A program made the translations under genes and the position numbers. Shown here piece after piece: positions 59,488-64,000 of a DNA stretch of 64,000 bases. The notes beneath the pieces are model-generated. The model did not search any database. It had not been told where the DNA came from and saw nothing but the letters and a program-made list of their open reading frames with translations. The stretch's first letter is position 1; every line of letters starts with the position of its first letter. Origin of the DNA: the human T2T-CHM13v2.0 reference genome, Homo sapiens; assembly GCF_009914755.1 (NCBI RefSeq), contig NC_060935.1. The stretch is one strand, 5' to 3'.

Positions 59488-62400
59488 TTCCAAACCAAGA
59501 TACAATGTTTTACAGAAACAAGCAAAAAACAAACAAACAAACACTCCGTTGTTTGCCTAAACAATAAAATAAACTTAAATGAGAAAAATAAGCTTGTGAT
59601 TCAAAGCAGCTATTTTACCAGAAACTTCTCTGACAACTCATTTTTGCCATGACAAATGAGAGCAAAAATTTTTATTCTTTTTTTAAAAAGATGAATATGG
59701 CATTTTATTATTTTAAATGTTTTATTATTTTATTCATTTTTTATTTTTTCCTGGTGTTGGTCAATAAAAAATAAACATTAATCTCCATAAGAGCTGGCAT
59801 TTGTGAAAATAAGAAAATAGATTACATGGCTTTCTTTCCCCAGACACGACACTTTTACTTAAAAAAAAAATCAAAATCAAGATGGTCGTCCTCTCTGGAT
59901 AAATTATGTATGATCTCTGAAATTTTTCCTCATTTCTTGCAACCTATATTTTGAAAAGTGTGAAAATAAATTTTCTTGTGTTATCAGTGAGCACTCAAGG
60001 GCTTTCCAAAATAATCTGTGCCTTTTGGGAATGGCTGGTGCTTTGTTTTTTGTAAAAACAATAATAATAATTAAGTAATAAAATATGTGGAGACATAGGA
60101 TAATAAGCTTTTGAAAATGACAGACCAGGCTAGTTTAATGTTTCCTGACTAATTGTCTAGAAGAATAATACTTCATGTTGCTGTTGCTTAGTAGAACATA
60201 TTTTTTCTGTAGGAGCTCTTCTATATCTTGATTCATTTTTCTTTACCTTCTATAAAACCTCTGTAACCAGCATGCTTCTAGATAATAGCTTCAGTTTGCT
60301 CAGCTCTGCTCTGTGGTATAGAAACTAATAGATTTAGTAAAATCTTACATTTCTCAATTTCCTTCTTAAATTCAGTCAGGCTCTAAGGACATACACTTTT
60401 GTGTCTAAACCGCTTGGTAATCCCTCAATATGAGAGCTTCCATCCACTTAGTTAGAACTGCTATAATGAAAAGTAAATTAAAATCTCTATAGAAATCATG
60501 GGACTTGTTGATCCTTCCCCTCACTGATATCTTGGGAGGAATGTATATTCTGAAATACTGGTTTAATACAAGTTGCTGCAGAGCTTCAAATTAGTAAGTT
60601 CTTAAATGATTCAGCCCATGTTTCTTTTGAAAAATACATAAATACTGCTACATGTCACTTTAATAGCACTTTGTTCGCATTAAGAAAAATACTTAGGGCT
60701 TCTTTATTGCTATATCTTATTGGCTTAGCAAGGAAATCTGAACTTCGCTTTGTTAAATTTTAATAATGAACAGTCTGTATATTGAGATGATACATGGAAT
60801 ATTTATAACATATACAAGGACTGGAATTATGAGGATAAGGTTGTGGCTGGGGGATCAAAAAATGGGAAATTTATATAGTTCAGAAAATCTACTAGAAATG
60901 CACATGCTGAATTCTGATGTATTGTTTCTAAGGTATGTGATACCAACTGACATAAAAATACAATTACATCATGAATACTAATCATTTCTGTGGATATTTA
61001 CTTATGCACAATTGAGATTCAGGTAATTAAGAGAATGGAAGTTATTTAAATGAGAAAATATAAATTCTAATATTACAGGCCTTGGATATTAGGCAGTGTA
61101 ATTCTTCTAACAGCAGGAGAGGCTGAAACAAGGCTGAAGAGAATCTGGGGCTTAAAGCCTGGTGTAGACAATATCCTAGCAGGGTACTTACAACATCGGA
61201 GTGCCATGACTAGCTTCTGAGAAAAAAGAAAGGCCATCAAAAATGGGATATCAGGGAACCTCAAGTTATCTGAGGATTCTAGAGCATTTATCACTGTAAC
61301 ATGGTGTAATAGACACTGAAGAGAGCAAAGTATCTTGAGAAAGGAAGTGGGTCACTCATTGCATTTAAAATCAAGAAAGTTTGAGGAGAACCAACCCTCA
61401 AAAGCACTAGGAGCATCTAATTTTGGCAAAAGTTATGTAGAAACTACTATGTCCCCTGGAATGGGTAGGTAACCTGGGCCATGTGATCATCACATACTGT
61501 ATTTCAAATTGAAGTGAGAACTAGAATGAGGAAGACGGGACCAGAGTCACAGTCCTACTCATTCCATCTTATTAGCAAGCAAATAAGACGGCAGATAATT
61601 GGCATAGCTAATAGGAGAGAAGTGAAAATCTCAAACACTTCCCAGAATAAAAGTGCTAAGCAAAGACTAAAAGGATTCCACAATTAATACAAACAGTGGA
61701 ACATGAGTAGAAAATATTCTCAAAAAAAAAGTATAAGGCAGGAAAAATGTTAAATGCAAAATGGGGATGATGTATAAACCTGAAAATCTTCCCTTAATCA
61801 ATCTGGTTAAGACATTTTTTAAAAGTTTTCCAGTGAATCGGAATCAGAAATTAGCATTGGAACAAGTAGTATATCTGCTTTGAGGCATGGTATATTTATA
61901 TGTGTAATAAATACTGAGTAGTATAAGCAGACTCAATTGTTCTAGAAAATCATTTTTTATCAGAAATTTTCAAGAGAAAGAAGTTGCTCGATATTGCTTT
62001 ACTGTGGTGTTATATCCCAGTTTATTTTAAATTATATTTCTATATAGAGTGATGCATATTTTTATATAGACCTGTACTGGATAAACCTCACTAACCACTT
62101 AAAAGAAAATTACAAAACATAAAAAAAAGTCCAAGGCTATTACTTACAAAAATTTATTTTAAAAAGTTTTTATCTTATTTGAGTGTTAGATTATATACAT
62201 GCAGCTAATAATACAGGGTTAAATCTGATTATGTGTTACAACTATATACAGTTTCTAAGATTATGCTAGAGAAAGTAGTGAATGTGGCAGGCAGAATGCC
62301 TGAAACACATAAGCCTGTCCTCTCTGATTATTCATTTTTTTGGACTCCCCATTGTTCTTGTCCCACATCTGACTTGAAAAATGGCATCCTTCTGTATCAA

Positions 62401-64000
62401 GCTGTTTACTAACAATTACAGAGAAAATTACATCTTTGTCAGCACTTGCTCAAATTCAATTGTGGCTGAATCACAAATTCAAATTGTAGGAATATTTTGT
62501 TTCCTCAATGTGCATTTAAAAAGCCTGACAATAGTTATGAACAGCATTTTTCAATGTGGGTCTGCAATTTTTTAGTACATGTTCATTCTTCTCTTAAATA
62601 TACCATCTGTTCTGTCTCTTTGTTCTTGTCTCAATGTCTGGTGTTTTCCTGAATTGGAATTTGAAGGTCCTGTGGTGAGAAGGGGTCCTTATGGTTGATA
62701 CTTGCCTCATTTCAGCATCAAAGATGACCTTCAGATTGGATATGAGTTGGAAATGATACCCAGAACAAATAGGCCAGTCATGGCCACCTTGAAATACCAT
62801 TAAACTCAAATTTGTCTGCCACTTGGGGTTTTAATATTTAATCACTTCAAGCTATTACTAGGAAACACAGAAATCACAGTCACACTGGTAGTGAGAGGGA
62901 AAGGAAGCACTTGTGACATTTTATTGGGATAATGTTTCTGCTATGACTCTGAAGAACTCCATAAAACCCCATGAAAAAGAGATGTTTGGTGGGTCCAGGA
63001 TTTCTTTGTGTCAGGATTCTAAGCACTTTTTTTTTTACTAGCTCACAAGTACGCAAAAAAGTTGGCTAAAGTTTGTCTGTATTATACTGATCTCTATCTA
63101 TAGTAAGTTCTTCTTTGAATTGTTCTGCCATGAAAGATAAGAACAGTTGGACTCTGCTGTCCTATGTATGACTTGTCAGTTTCCGAAGTTTAATTAAACT
63201 AAGCTTCTTTGTTTCCTCAGCTCTTTGGTAAGTTTGAAAAACTATGACCTATCTAGATTTTTCTGGAGCTTTGGAGAAAGTAATGCTCTTTTTTTTTGAC
63301 TTGCTAAGTCTGTATTATAAACAGAACTCCTATCACGGTTATTTTTAAAGTTCTTTTCCAGTACTTCTAACACCTAAGCCACCTGTATGTATGATTACAT
63401 GAACTTTTTTTCTCTTGATTATATCACATTTTGCTGCTTCTTTATATATCTCATAACACTTTTTTATGTCTCAGGCATTGTGTAAATTTTCTCACGGCAG
63501 AATATATGCTTCTTGCTGGGCTTCTCAGCACTCACAAGCGTTCACAAATTTCCCATGCTTTTTGCTTTAATTCTCAGCCATCGACTTTCTACACTGTGTG
63601 AGACCTCTCTTTGTTTTTAGAACTTGATTGCCAGTGTTTCCTGGGACTGGGGGTGGGAGGTGGGGAAGTAGGGGAAAGGGACCTCCAGTGGGGGTCCCTG
63701 TGGCGTTCTATTTGCTCTCCACTGCCATTCCCGACTTTCTGCATCTGAGGAGATTTCTTTCACTCTATAGCTCTTCTCCAGACGTTAAAGGGATGCTATA
63801 GTCCACTGACGAACTAGTATTCCTCAGGGGGAATTTTTTTGACATCCTCTGCACTCTGGTTAGCATTTAGTGAACTTCTATTTACTCAGTTAAATACTGC
63901 TACAGCACCATGCATCTGTCTATAGTACTTACTATTTGAATTTTACATTTACTTCTGTGATTATTTGTTAATGGTAATCTCCTTGACTAGGTTATAATTT

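Noticed and set aside
57177-59567. GC-rich block with many 60-180 aa ORFs, a possible gene or promoter
   Set aside because: Lies within the MER52 LTR. The ORFs overlap on both strands with no recognisable domain.

Overview
This is primate (most likely human) AT-rich, repeat-dominated non-coding DNA, intergenic or deep intronic. I can support no intact protein-coding exon, RNA gene or CRISPR array. The recognisable ORFs are decayed LINE-1 ORF2 pieces; the rest are chance frames in Alu, LTR, microsatellite or unique DNA. Most of the window is nested transposable elements: about ten L1 copies or fragments (including a TSD-bounded, originally full-length L1MA2-like copy at 10.4-21.2 kb hosting four direct insertions plus an Alu nested in one of them), eight Alus, MaLR/ERV LTRs (MST, THE1, MLT1A, MER21, LTR12C, LTR16, MER52), Tigger/hAT MITEs, MIR and L2. 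I found no evidence for a new gene system. The most interesting signals are fossils of unusual insertion or repair events: (1) a 5'-inverted (twin-primed) Alu with a perfect 16-bp TSD; (2) an L1PB broken and inverted at a TA microsatellite, with a templated ~167-bp local duplication, a hairpin and a tail-less Alu; (3) a deletion/inversion joining an L1PA 5' inversion to host L1MA ORF1; (4) an internally deleted L1 that keeps both ends; and (5) regulatory candidates (LTR12C promoter, a strong CTCF motif in MER52, a SOX/FOX/AP-1/OCT cluster). Subfamily names come from recalled consensus sequences and need RepeatMasker/Dfam confirmation.
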